Below are positions 11,443 through 23,541 of a DNA stretch of 64,000 nt, in pieces (the first letter of the stretch is position 1; each line of letters begins with the position of its first letter). Both the position numbers and the translations under genes were made by a program. Origin of the DNA: Toensbergia leucococca (Eukaryota); assembly GCA_022813965.1 (NCBI GenBank), contig JALDZS010000116.1, forward strand, positions 1-64,000, in the 5' to 3' direction. The notes beneath the pieces are model-generated. The model made no database searches and was not told the origin of the DNA. It saw nothing but the letters and a program-made list of their open reading frames with translations.

Positions 11443-12357
11443 TCAAGATACAGGTATAATATTATTCGCCGATACAAAGTCATCCCATTTAGACTGGCAA
11501 GTTCCCCCAGTCCACGGCGCACTTCCATATCCCAAATCCCAGCTCCATGTCGCAAATTGTGCATAATTATCTGCATTCCCCACGCCTTTCACCCCAAGCC
11601 CATCTCCATTAGTACCCCATCCTAACGCCGCAATATTACTAATTGTAGCCGATTTGTCCGTTATGTCTTCTTGGCCGGTTGTACTCATAAGCAGTGGCTC
11701 ATCCGCATTTGTGATGGTTGTTATCTGTACCAGCGCCCGAATAAGTGCGTATCCCAACGACGGCTGTCCGCCTGCTGTGCTGCAAGGAACAGGATTACGA
11801 GAGAGTGCCATGCCGGCTGGACACATAAAAAAGTCGCCTCCATCCAACTCTTGGCTGTTATAAGCGGCATGGGGTGCGTAGGCGTACAGTCCTGAGTTGC
11901 CGGCACACCTTTGGTACCCATCTGAGCAAAAGACAAGGGAGAAGGGACAGGTATGCTGGGTGGCGCAGCCGACGACGCTAGTATAAATATCCTTGACGAA
12001 GCCAACGATCGAGGCGTTGTTTGAGAAGAAGTCGTAGTAGTGAGCTGCGGGCGAGCCGCTGTTAGAGTTCAGGGCGTTCAGAGCTGCTTGCGCCAAGTAA
12101 CTAGCGTCGAGGATTGCGTTGCTAACGGTAGAGACGTCACTGGCGGTATTGCAGGAGCCGGGGTCATAGGTTAGGCCGGGGCAGGTATGGCCAACATAGC
12201 AAGCTGGGAGAGGGAGGTCTTGACGAGCGTCAAGGGAGGAAGTGGCTGTAGGATTTGATGTTAACACTCTTGGTTCTAGAGGTGTCGATGTAGAGAGAGT
12301 GAGGAGCAGGAAGGCTGTTGTGGCGAAGACGGCCATTAGCGGAATATATCGAGGCAT
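11443..12357 (-). CDS. Secreted Cys-rich protein, deuterolysin/M35 (aspzincin)-like, lacking HEXXH
   Basis: Hydrophobic signal peptide; C-x-D-x4-C, LYAY, FMCP and NADNYAQFA pattern typical of M35-like proteins; the expected HEXXH position reads RALVQ. Confidence 0.65.
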   Translation of the reverse strand: MPRYIPLMAVFATTAFLLLTLSTSTPLEPRVLTSNPTATSSLDARQDLPLPACYVGHTCPGLTYDPGSCNTASDVSTVSNAILDASYLAQAALNALNSNSGSPAAHYYDFFSNNASIVGFVKDIYTSVVGCATQHTCPFSLVFCSDGYQRCAGNSGLYAYAPHAAYNSQELDGGDFFMCPAGMALSRNPVPCSTAGGQPSLGYALIRALVQITTITNADEPLLMSTTGQEDITDKSATISNIAALGWGTNGDGLGVKGVGNADNYAQFATWSWDLGYGSAPWTGGTCQSKWDDFVSANNIIPVS

Positions 12358-13247
12358 TGATTGTATTTAAGTAGGTCTTGAGGCAGTCTAGGAAGCTGTA
12401 TTTGCTACTAGTCACTAGACGTTTTGCTCAGGAAGCCGATCACAGTAGAAAAGTCCCCCTTATAAAGACAGAATATATTGAGAACAGAAAAGATGGCCCC
12501 TCGCGAAATCCATATAAACACATTTTTGAGGCGATGTGGTCAGAATCTAGAATATCCATCGTTTGCCTCGTGCGACTGAACAACGTCCGAAGTTGCGCCA
12601 ATATTGCATCAGAGAAGAGTTGAAACGAGGGACGCTAGACATCATAGAAGATTGAAACCTGTTTATGCGACGAAGGTGAAATCGGGCAAGACATAGCTCG
12701 CCAAAGAAGAGGGTGCACTTGGCACATACTAGTAGAAGAAATAGTACTTGGGAAAAATCGAGGGACAAATCCAGAAGAGATTGAAGGAGCACATGATGTA
12801 GAGGATGTTGAAATTTAGAAAGAAAGAGAATGATCACAGAGTAAGCTGTGAGAAGAGCTGGAACCTTGTTGCAGGAGGGCTCTAATGAGAATGCTTGTGG
12901 TATCTCACAAGGTAAGAAGTCACTGCTATATTTGCCTTCCAGCTTGACTTCCTAATGCCTTCCATTGAATCCGAATCAACGGCACTTTGTACGCAGGTAG
13001 GAGATAGGTAGGTAGGTGGCAGGCTCGGTAGGTAAGATAACCTTGGAAGGTATCCGTACCTTACCTACCTCAGTGACATCCTTCGAGGAGCTAGTCTTAG
13101 CGCTCTCCGTATTTTACGTCACGTCCGCCCACAACACGTCCAACCGCACCGCCAACGACATGCGAGGATCGGCCACGGACCATCGAGTGTGGGCTTCCAA
13201 GATCCTCTTGATGGCTGCTTCTAGAGAAGTAGCAGTGATTGAAATCT

Positions 13248-16200
13248 ATGACGAAGCATAATCTAGAGGAACATCTATCTTGGCTTCTTGGCTCAAAACC
13301 CTTCGCTCCTCCACCAGCCCGTCCTACACCACCAGGCGAGCCTTCCCCATTGATCCCAGATATTGAAGCAGACTTGCAGGAGAGTGTCATTCACGACACT
13401 CGAATTCAAGGGGACAATGTTCAGTCGCAGCGGATAACGGATTCTGCCCAGCTTCCTCTGCCATCGAGACATTGGAATTCTGGTGGCACTGAAACCATGG
13501 CACGATTACAGTCCGGCCCTCGGTCTACTACGAAACCAAGACTGTTGAGTAGAATTTCTCCAGACCCACTGCAGACACCTGCGCCTTACACATCTCGAGT
13601 TTCCGGCAATTCTCTTAGAGACCAGTATAGCGCTGCGTACGAGCAGAGTAAGCACGGTAAGCCCAACCTCGATACTAGAACAGAACAATACACATATCTG
13701 ACTATCAATGCAATCACGTTTAAGACTCACATAGGAGTGCCGTGAAGAAACAACAACTGCAAACCCCTGCTCCGTCTGTTTCAAGAGCTAAACATACCTA
13801 TATCGAGCCCGATTCCGTAGACTTGACCAGAGACTTTGAAATACACGCTTCATCCTCGAGCACAGTAGAAGCCTTTGGAGATGCTCGCCCAATATGGAGA
13901 GAAGATAGTGCAAGTCGTAAGGAACCGCCTATTAAGAAGGGAAAGAAAAGGAAAAGTGAGGAACTCGAGTCTGATTCAATCGTTACTGTTGTACCACTGA
14001 GAAATTCGCAAACCGATTTCGTGGCTATTGATTCATACCTGGATGACATTGAACTGCCATTTCCACCTCATACTGGTAAAACAGATGACAAGCCGCTGAG
14101 CCCAATTAAACCTGCTCCAAGCCGAGATTTTCTTACTCATATTCCCGAAGAGTATGAAAAGATGCACAATTCTATTGAAAATCCGAGAAGTGCGGTGAAA
14201 AGCACTCAGCAAATTTCACAGTACGCGCAAGCGACTCTACTTAGCCAATCGTCTACTAAGTGCGATGAATCGCTGAATATGAAAAAGGAGCGTCGCAGTG
14301 AGGCAAAAAGTATTTTCAAGAAATGTAAGGATGCTATTGCCGATTCTGAAGAGGAAGACGAAGATATGGATTGGGACGAGGTTCATCGAGGTTTAGATGC
14401 CTATGCTCCAAATTCCTTCAAATTGAGCACCAACAACGCAAATTATCCTCCGCTACCGCCTGCATCGGTTGCTCTAGTCAATTGCTCGGTTGGTGTCAAA
14501 GGCGAAAGATCCTCGAATGAAAACTGTGAAGAGGCCATACACGTGCCAAAGGCTCAAGCGCCACCTCTTGCAAGAATTAACAGTGCCGCTTCTCCTTTCC
14601 AACGTGATTCGCCAACTAAGATCTGTGTACCTCATCAAGCCCCCATTCGAGTCTATGATGCTCCCCGCATTCTTAGTGATGTGGCGCGGATTTCTGTCCA
14701 ATCGTTCCTCGCGATTCAACCATATCGAGCCCAGAGCTACCTTGATGGACTACTCGGCGCTCGAAAGTCTAATGCTCAGGCAATCTACGATCTCAAAGAT
14801 GCTGGTGTGCACGAATGGGCCGAATTGATACAGCAGACCGCCGCATTGACAGCTAAAATCCATGCCATGAATAGCCTGATCCAATTACGGGATGATCACC
14901 TCAAGCTTACTCGACGGAAAGAAGAACTAGCAGGTCGTATGATTGCTGCTATCAAGGCCGATCATGATATCAGCGACTTTTCTCAGGAAGCGGCGGAAAA
15001 AAGGTCCCAGCTGTCCGAAATAGAGCGAGAAATTTCTAAACTCCTACAAGAATCCTCCATATCTCTGTCTGACAACCAAGCATCGTGCCATGATGATTCT
15101 TTCCAGGACCATCCTGCGAAAGATCCCCCCGACTTGCAGCCTGCCACTCTTGTTCAATCATCTCAGGCCCACAAACATCTTTTGGAATTAGCCACGCCTT
15201 GCTTGCCAATTCCATTACCAAGTGGTCCTGTGACAACGCAATATGTTCGGCAGACACAAGCTTCGAGCGACCTTCTCAGAACGCCTAGAAAAGAGGCGGA
15301 CGCAAACTTTCACACCTCACATAAAGCGAAGAGTCCTCTTCGAACCTACACTCCTTCACCAAAAGCGAAAGATGTGACTGCGTATTTCTCCCCGGCAAAG
15401 CGAGGAATTCGGCAAAAGGATCATAATACTGTTCAGCACGGCCCTGATAGCTTCGAATTCAGCTACGGCAAGCCTGACCTTAAACCTCGGTCAGAAATTG
15501 CGTCGCATACGAGGGATTTTGACTTTGAGGAAGAAGACATGTTCACGACCAACATGGGTGGTCCTCTCCTTGCTATTGCGGACGATGATGACTACGGGCA
15601 GGATGATTACGACGAAGAGATGCTTGAAGTTGCAGAGGAGATGGAGAACCGTAAGGCAAAGACGAGTCCTAATTACGTTGCAGAACAGCGAATAGTTTTC
15701 GCAGAAACTACTGGCAATGCTCCCCGAGCCGAAAGGCAGAAGCCAAGTATCGCACCAATATACGCTGTGCCTGAACCATCAAGCTTGCAGCATATTTGGT
15801 CTCGTGATGTCAAAGCAGCGATGAATAGACGTTTTCATTTACGTGGATTCCGACCGAATCAGCTGGAGGCGATCAATGCTACATTGAGTGGGAAGGATAC
15901 ATTCATTCTGATGCCTACTGGAGGTGGTAAATCTCTCTGCTACCAACTGCCGTCTATTGTGAATTCAGGAAAGACACGTGGTGTGACCATAGTAATATCT
16001 CCGCTCCTCAGTCTCATGCAAGATCAGGTCGAGCATCTCAAAAAGCTAAAGATACAGGCTTTCCTGATCAATGGCGAGGTCACACCGGAGCATCGAAAAT
16101 TAGTCTTCGACACCCTGCGAGTACCACAAGTGGAGGATTTCATCCAACTTCTGTACATCACTCCGGAAATGATTAGTAAAAATCAGACGATGGTCGGTGC

Positions 16201-18719
16201 CTTTCGCAGCTTACATAGTCGTGGAAAGTTGGCCCGAATTGTTATAGATGAGGCTCATTGTGTAAGTCAATGGGGCCACGACTTTCGGCCAGATTACAAG
16301 CTACTTGGGGAGGTGCGACAGCAATTCCAGGGTGTTCCCGTCATGGCCTTGACAGCCACTGCTACGGAAAATGTCAAGGTCGATGTAATCCATAACCTTG
16401 GAATAAAAAATTGTGAAGTCTTTACGCAGAGCTTCAACCGCCCGAATCTAACATATGAGGTTCTAAAGAAAGGCAAGGCGAAAGAAGTGCTTGACAGTAT
16501 AGCGGCTATGATAAACAACTCTTACAGGAATCAGTCAGGCATCGTGTATTGCTTATCACGGAAGAACTGTGAAAGTATTGCGGAGAAGCTTCGTGAAGTG
16601 TACAAAATCAAGGCGCACCACTACCATGCTGGTATGGAACCCCAAGAGAAGATGTTAGTCCAAAAGAATTGGCAATCAGGAGTACATCACGTGATTGTTG
16701 CTACTATTGCTTTCGGCATGGGTATTGACAAGCCCGATGTACGCTTTGTTGTTCATCATACGATCCCTAAAAGCTTAGAAGGCTACTATCAAGAGACTGG
16801 CCGGGCGGGACGAGATGGAATTCGGTCTGGATGCTATCTATACTACGGTTACCAGGACACGAGCGCTCTCAAACGCATGATTGCCGACGGTGATGGCAGC
16901 TATGAGCAGAAGGAACGCCAACGGCAGATGCTCAGAACCGTAATTCAATTTTGTGAGAACAAGAGTGACTGCCGAAGAGTACAGGTCCTCAACTATTTTA
17001 ACGAGGCTTTTAAAAGAGAGGGCTGTAACGGAGCCTGCGACAACTGCAATTCTAATATCACCTTCGAGACTAGGGACGTCAGTGATGACGCCGTTGCTGC
17101 CATCAAGCTAGTCGAGAGAATCCAAGCGACCAAATCGAAAGATGCGAACGTAACATTACTGCACTGCGTTGATATCTTCTGTGGTGGCCACGCGAAAAAG
17201 ATTGATGGTCTAGACCTTCAAAGTCTAGAAAGATATAGAGCAACACCCGGTTTGGAAAAAGGCGACGTCGAACGTCTTTTTTATCGTTTATTGAGTGAAG
17301 ACGCCCTAGAGGAGCATAATAAAGTGAACAAGGCAGGCTTCGCTTCCCAGTACGTTCATGTAAGTAACTCGGACCGTCTCTAAGACTAGGTTGAGCTAAG
17401 ATTGTGCAGCTTGGTAAAAACGCCGTTGATTTCACCAGACGAGGCCGAAAGCTCAAGCTACAGATTCGGCAGTCTCCGAACGGGAAAACTAAGGATGCAA
17501 GAAAGGTAACCAAGGTGCCCAAGGTGCCAAAGGGGAAGCGACCAACAGGGGTTTCCGGGTCCCGACAAGAATTTCCCCAGTCTACCAACGTCTCATCCCC
17601 CATCCAAGCAGCCTCCAGGCGTCGAATCGCACAGTACGGCAGGAGTGGCCCTGAGGTCGCCTTACACTCTAATGGCTACGCCCGTGACGATTTTGTGATC
17701 AGCGATCATGACGGCGAGGCTTCCAACGTCACCGATGATGACGAGTATGATGCCTTTGAAGAAGTACGTGAAGCTGGAAAGCCACAGAAAACTAAAAGGA
17801 GAGAATTAGGACCCCCAATCACCATTGACGAGAAGCTTGAGAAGTTGAATTCAACACATCGAATGATGGTGGAAGATTTCATGTGGCATGCCAAGAAGAT
17901 CAACGAAAACGTTAGTCCACGATAGAAGGATACCATAAAACCTCCAAGTTTACTTGCTAATAGTATTAGATCTTGATCTCGAAGAATCTCCGAGCTCATC
18001 CGTTCACCGACACCATTGTGAGGGAAATGGCCATCAATTTCCCACAAGGTAAATTTGTGAATCGTATCCCAACCCCCGTAATACTGACATAGTGTAGATG
18101 AGAACGAGATGCTCGAAATCCAAGGCATAAATGCTGACAAGGTTCGACGGTACGGAAAGCAATTCTTGGGTCTCATCAGAAATACCCATCGGCAATACGA
18201 ATCTATAATGCAGCAGCAAGAGGATAGGCCGCAAGATCCTAATCATCAGAATGTCATCGACATTAGCAGTGATAACGAGAGCGATGACTATGGTGAATTC
18301 GATGAGCTTGGAGTTGAAGATGGGTCCCAGGAGGAGCGGAGCTCGTACTTCCAGCCCACTTCCGCAGTGGACGCCTTCAACGCTCAATGTTGGTCATCCA
18401 TTGATCCGAACATGATCGACTTGTGCTTACACTACCTTTAGTCTCTCATATCCAGACTGTCTCAACAGCACCCCCTGCTCGTGGACAGTCGCAAAACATA
18501 AATTCCAACGGCGGGCGCGGTGGATATCGTGGAGGGTTCAAAAAGCGAAGTCGAAAATTCTCGAGCGGACCCAGTAAGGGACAAGCAGCCGCTAGTGGGG
18601 TAAAGAAGAAGGCAGCGAGCAATAGAAGTAGTGATAGTAGCTATGGCGGGGTATTTCCCAAACGAGGCAGTGGGAATGGCGGATTTGGAGGTGGAGGCAT
18701 TGGGATGATGCCTATATGA
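13248..18719 (+). CDS. SGS1: RecQ family DNA helicase (Sgs1/MusN/QDE-3 type) with RQC and HRDC domains, multi-exon
   Basis: MTKHNLEEHLSWLL start; MPTGGGKSLCYQ, IDEAHCVSQWGHDFRPDY, ALTATAT, QETGRAGRDG; Zn-binding CRR...CDNC; HRDC-like MLEIQGINADKVRRYGKQFL. Confidence 0.95.
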
Positions 18720-19201
18720 CAGAGAAGCTTTGTGCTATAAGGTAGGGAGGTCTTCGTGTTAGAGATTCATGTGAAAGACATTGTGTATGAGCGTTTCAAG
18801 TGCTCGATCTTCTGCTTCATACCCGTTGGAGTTCCTCTTATCTTGCCTGAATTCGGGTTATTTTACGACATTTGCCGATAGCGAGAGTCTTTGGAATGGC
18901 TCTGGCGTTCTTCCTCATGGCTAACGAAAACACGTTTTATATGTAAGCATAAAGTTTCCATTGCTACCGGAAAGGCTTTTTGCAAGTGAATGCAAGCATT
19001 TGGAAAACACTCAATCAAGTTGCGCTTGAAATATCACGATTTATCAGCTGAGTTTCAATTCCATTTTAGGAAATGGTGAGGAGGGAAAGAAGCAAGCGTA
19101 AATTCCGGGGCTTTCTCGCTTCTTTCTGCAACGCACACGGTAAACATGAGATATAAAAATCCACATCTCTGTTGAAGGATAACACTAGGCAGACTATTGA
19201 A

Positions 19202-22200
19202 ATGCCGCTTTCCGAGCTCGCGGTCAATCATGTCGGAAGGATTGGCCTCGTGGGAGATGTCTCTGAAAGTCCTAGCAGGCTCTCTCCTCGTGAAACACCA
19301 CGTACTCGTGACGGGAGCCCTGGTTTTCTAAGGAACTCTCCGTCAATACAAAGCATGCTGAAGAACACCACCGAGACTGGAGACGTTGGACAATTCTCTA
19401 TCAAGCCGACTCGCATTCCACATCCCGTTCAGCACACATCTCCAAGATCGCCGGAAATATTGCGACCTCCACTCCATCGCCAACGCCTTTCTCGCCATCA
19501 ATCTCCCCAGAATGGTCGTCACAGCGGCCCGGGGCAATATGAGCCGAGTCTCATTTCCTCGAATGAGAATAAGAACCGGAAAGCTTTCCAAAAACCTTCT
19601 CCCGGCCGTCCTCTCCAAGATCATCGATCTTACTCTTTGACACAGAGCGTCCATACCACTCACAGTCTCTCCAACCATCGATCTCATGCTAATCTTCGGT
19701 TTCAAGGTCAAGGAGACCCACGAAGCACGAGGCCTCGATCGCCATTTGCATACCCGACAAGGCTGAAGCGTCCTGGGTACCGACCATCTTCACCGGCACC
19801 TAGCGATTTCAGCGGACCCATTTCAGCCATGAATGTGGGACCCAGTCGAGGGGCTAGCTTTCGCACTACATCTCCTTCATCGGCGTATGCTATGAGAATG
19901 CTACCCTCAGCTTGGCATCGAGATTTTAGTCGGTCTGACGTATCACTGCAAAATCCGCCGCCCAGACCATCGAGTAGGCCTCACAGGACCGTATCGTCCG
20001 CGACTCGTATGCCAACCCCGAGGTCATCGCCGAGCCCTAGCCGCGTTTCCTCTGTTCATAGTTCACGAGCCCATCTAGCCGCTAGCGATGACTTAAGACA
20101 TCGTCAATCGTCGTTTGAACCACCATTGTTCTATGATTACACAGAGGCTTTCGAAGAAGATCATTACTTTTACAACGTGTACGAGTCGTCCATGGCTTTG
20201 GTCGAGCAAATAATCCCCGAGGATACCCCCAATATGTTTCACGAACTTGTCCACGAACTTGATGGGAGCGTAACCGCAATGTGTCTTGCTGAGCTGCCAG
20301 CGGAGGATCTTGTAGCTAGTACGTCGTCAAAAGAGAAGAGTCTTGCAGTGGAGAGCTCAAACAAGAGATCGGGTCAAGAACAAGGAGACCTTCCGCATAT
20401 GGTAACGGAGGCCTTGCCGACTGATGCAACAGACAGATCACCAAGACGTCATGACCAAGACTCTAGTATAGCGACTTCGAATCTTCGCCTCGACGGTTGT
20501 GATTTTCCTACGACGTGGGAAAAGGTAGAATACGACGTTCTCCCATCTTTCCGCCCTGGTATAAGAGGTATCTCTTCTCCACCTTTAAGTTTCCCTCTCA
20601 TGGATGTTGGAATACCTCCGAAGCCAACGCATCCTTCCAATTCATCCAGTGATTCGCTTTACTCTCAAGAATCTTCACCTCGTCCAGAGGACTATCGGGA
20701 GGCTCCAGAAACGGGTTATACAAGTTCTTCTTCTCAGTCGCTATGGAAAGCTCAGCCACTGAGTTTTAGTCTCTTAGATTTAGCTGCCCTACTGAAAAAT
20801 GCGTCAGAGCCACGGCTTCGGCTTGCTGCGTCATCCGAAGATCTACCCAACAATGGGAAGAGAGACATCTATGCTCCAATTCCTGAACGATGCACATCGT
20901 CTCAGAGCCACCGTGATAGACTTAGTCGGATGCTGTCTATCGATGAAGGTCTGATCAAGCTTCCGGAGCCTGTTTTAATTTCCCATGAAATCGACGAGCT
21001 TTGCACTAGAGACAAATCCATTGATTCTGGTGAAGATGTCGATCCTGGAAGCGAGCATGCGTGCACTCTTCTTTCTGTTCCATATTCAGAAATTTCCGAA
21101 AAGAGTCCTGCAATCGAACCAGTAACGCCTAAGTCCAAAGGAAAACAGGAAACTGTGGTGAGAAGAAAGCCAATCAAATCAGTGAAGCCTCCTAAGCAGA
21201 GCAGTGAGGCAGGACCTGTCGCAGGCTTGCGAGACATTGCAACGAATGGCGTTCTACACAATCTTACCATCCCTCGAAGATCATCGTCCATGAGGAAAAC
21301 TTCACTTCATCTATTCGAATCGTCCTGGGAGCGACTTGAGCCAATCTTGGCTGCGGACGAGACAGACCCTCGATGTCTTTCGAACTATGCTAGACCCTCG
21401 ACTGATCCAGGAAAAAATCCTCCGCAGTTGATGAAGAGGCTTCCTTTATTACCAAAGGACCCGTCGCATATTGACTTTTCGCCCCCTTACGATCCAATGC
21501 CAAAGGAATCACCATTATCGTTCGCGCCTCTGATTACAAGCGAAGGAGACAGGCCTCCAATTGCAGAGCTCGAAAACACAGAACGGTCCATATCAAAGGA
21601 GAACGAAATTGGTGGCACAGAAGTGCAAATCCCTGCAAAGAAATACAAGTTGAAGATGCGAACTGATAGAGAATCAATTGCATCACCACCTGGATCCCGG
21701 CCATGGAATCTGGATGCGAGCTACCGTTGGACTGATCAGCCGCCAGACATCGGGGTCATTGTACCAAAAGCCACTGAACATCCACAGCGGAGTGCTCTCA
21801 CACTTCCTAGATTCAAGCTTAAAATAACAAGAGCTTCCACATCTACAGCAGGTACCACAAAGATTACAAAGCAGCTTCCCTCTGTTCCGAATTCTCCTCG
21901 CCGAAGAACTGACATTCCAAGTGATCTCTTCAAAGCTGGACCGTTTGCTCGCAAAAGGAAGTCTATCATCTCCACAAGCGAAAGCCACAAAAGCCTCTCC
22001 GGTACTAGACAGACGCGATTCGTAGAGATAGTTGACCGCTCATCGCACGCAAATCCAATTATCAGCTTGCAGCCTCCATCCCCAGGCATGAACCACTCGG
22101 AAGTTCGAAGCTTCTTCTCAGACGATAGCTCTCAGATGCGGCACAGAGGCAGTCTTCGCAAACGATTGTCAGATCTTAAGGCTATTGCGTCCCGAGTAAG

Positions 22201-22462
22201 TACATCAGATGACGCCAAAGGTGATAGAGCACGAATGGGATCGGCAATGGGACGATCACGGGCTAGCGGACGTAGTAGCCAAGGCGGTGGAAGCACGATA
22301 CTCGGGGTTTCCAACCTCAAGTATGTGAAGACACGATGTGTGCAGAAGGTCAAGGGGTGGTGGCAGCGTGGAGAGGAGAAAGTGAGGTCGCTTGGGGGCA
22401 GGATCAAGCCTAGGAGCACCAAGAATCGTTCCGCTAGTGCTGATTTGTACGTTGGTGTCTGA
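19202..22462 (+). CDS. Large Ser/Pro/Arg-rich hypothetical protein (start uncertain; an upstream exon is possible)
   Basis: Open frame of ~1090 codons; short motifs SIQSMLKNTTETGDVGQFS, RSPFAYPTRLKRPGYRPSSP and FYDYTEAF resemble conserved Pezizomycotina hypothetical proteins. Confidence 0.75.
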   Translation: MPLSELAVNHVGRIGLVGDVSESPSRLSPRETPRTRDGSPGFLRNSPSIQSMLKNTTETGDVGQFSIKPTRIPHPVQHTSPRSPEILRPPLHRQRLSRHQSPQNGRHSGPGQYEPSLISSNENKNRKAFQKPSPGRPLQDHRSYSLTQSVHTTHSLSNHRSHANLRFQGQGDPRSTRPRSPFAYPTRLKRPGYRPSSPAPSDFSGPISAMNVGPSRGASFRTTSPSSAYAMRMLPSAWHRDFSRSDVSLQNPPPRPSSRPHRTVSSATRMPTPRSSPSPSRVSSVHSSRAHLAASDDLRHRQSSFEPPLFYDYTEAFEEDHYFYNVYESSMALVEQIIPEDTPNMFHELVHELDGSVTAMCLAELPAEDLVASTSSKEKSLAVESSNKRSGQEQGDLPHMVTEALPTDATDRSPRRHDQDSSIATSNLRLDGCDFPTTWEKVEYDVLPSFRPGIRGISSPPLSFPLMDVGIPPKPTHPSNSSSDSLYSQESSPRPEDYREAPETGYTSSSSQSLWKAQPLSFSLLDLAALLKNASEPRLRLAASSEDLPNNGKRDIYAPIPERCTSSQSHRDRLSRMLSIDEGLIKLPEPVLISHEIDELCTRDKSIDSGEDVDPGSEHACTLLSVPYSEISEKSPAIEPVTPKSKGKQETVVRRKPIKSVKPPKQSSEAGPVAGLRDIATNGVLHNLTIPRRSSSMRKTSLHLFESSWERLEPILAADETDPRCLSNYARPSTDPGKNPPQLMKRLPLLPKDPSHIDFSPPYDPMPKESPLSFAPLITSEGDRPPIAELENTERSISKENEIGGTEVQIPAKKYKLKMRTDRESIASPPGSRPWNLDASYRWTDQPPDIGVIVPKATEHPQRSALTLPRFKLKITRASTSTAGTTKITKQLPSVPNSPRRRTDIPSDLFKAGPFARKRKSIISTSESHKSLSGTRQTRFVEIVDRSSHANPIISLQPPSPGMNHSEVRSFFSDDSSQMRHRGSLRKRLSDLKAIASRVSTSDDAKGDRARMGSAMGRSRASGRSSQGGGSTILGVSNLKYVKTRCVQKVKGWWQRGEEKVRSLGGRIKPRSTKNRSASADLYVGV

Positions 22463-23541
22463 GGCATTCCCACCAGGGAATATTTGGGCGCCCATCGATC
22501 CCCGATGGGCGATTTGTTCGATTTCGCTTTTTTTTAATGTCTTTTCTTTGCCTTTCGTCTGCTTTTGCTTGCTCGGCTGCACTCGAGCAAGGGTCTTTCT
22601 TATCGTCTCTCGTTTGCCCTTTTCTTTTCGAACTCCTTCCACCGGATCCGAGGACTATTGGACCATTTTACGCTCGGGATTGTTCTGCACATTGAGGGGA
22701 TTTTTCGCTATTCTTGGCTGGGGCTACCTAGCTACCTAACTACTAACAACTATTTGTTTTGCTATTACTTAGACTTAAAATTTAGGCGCAGAGGGTGGCG
22801 TGTGGATGATGGGAAAAGAGTTTGCGGGTTGGAAGGCTTTGCGAGATTCGTGGGATTTGGGTGGGAAGAGGGAGCTGGCACGATGCTTTGGGATTGATTA
22901 GAGTGATATACGGGGGGGTCTGTGTTGGCATGGCTAGGTATGAGGGTTGTGAGCTTTAGAGAGGGTTTCGTGTGTGTGTGTGTGTGTATGTGAAATTGTT
23001 AGCATAGCTAGAGTAAATTATATTAGAAGGCGCTTGAATTGATGGTGGCGGTGCTTTGCCAATGGAAAATCTCGGGGCTTTTCTAGAGGTTCATGAGAGT
23101 GGTGGAGTTCTGCTTCTTTTTACCTACTCGTATTTACACGAAGCGACTGCCCCGGTTCAAGAACTTGACTGCCTGCCTGCATGTTTCTGTATCCCATTTT
23201 GGCACCCTCGGCGTTGGGGCTTCTTTCACAATAAACAGGATTGGTCTTTTGAAAGCTGACTACGGTGCCCAATTGAGGGGGTGATGCTGCCCCTTGAGGT
23301 TTGGAATTTTAGATCACACGAAAGATGGGGGGGGGAGCCAGAAGGTTCATACGATTTTTCTCGTCAGGTTGGAGTTCTTATTTATATCGAAATTAGGTAG
23401 GCTCTGCGTCGTAGATGATATGCACAGATGGGATTTGCAGCCAAGAAAAAAATGGTATGTACCTCGCGAACCCATCCCTATAAAGCTACCAAAACACTCT
23501 CAACCCAGCCCCCTCTGCCCTTCCCTCGGCTTCAACGCCAT

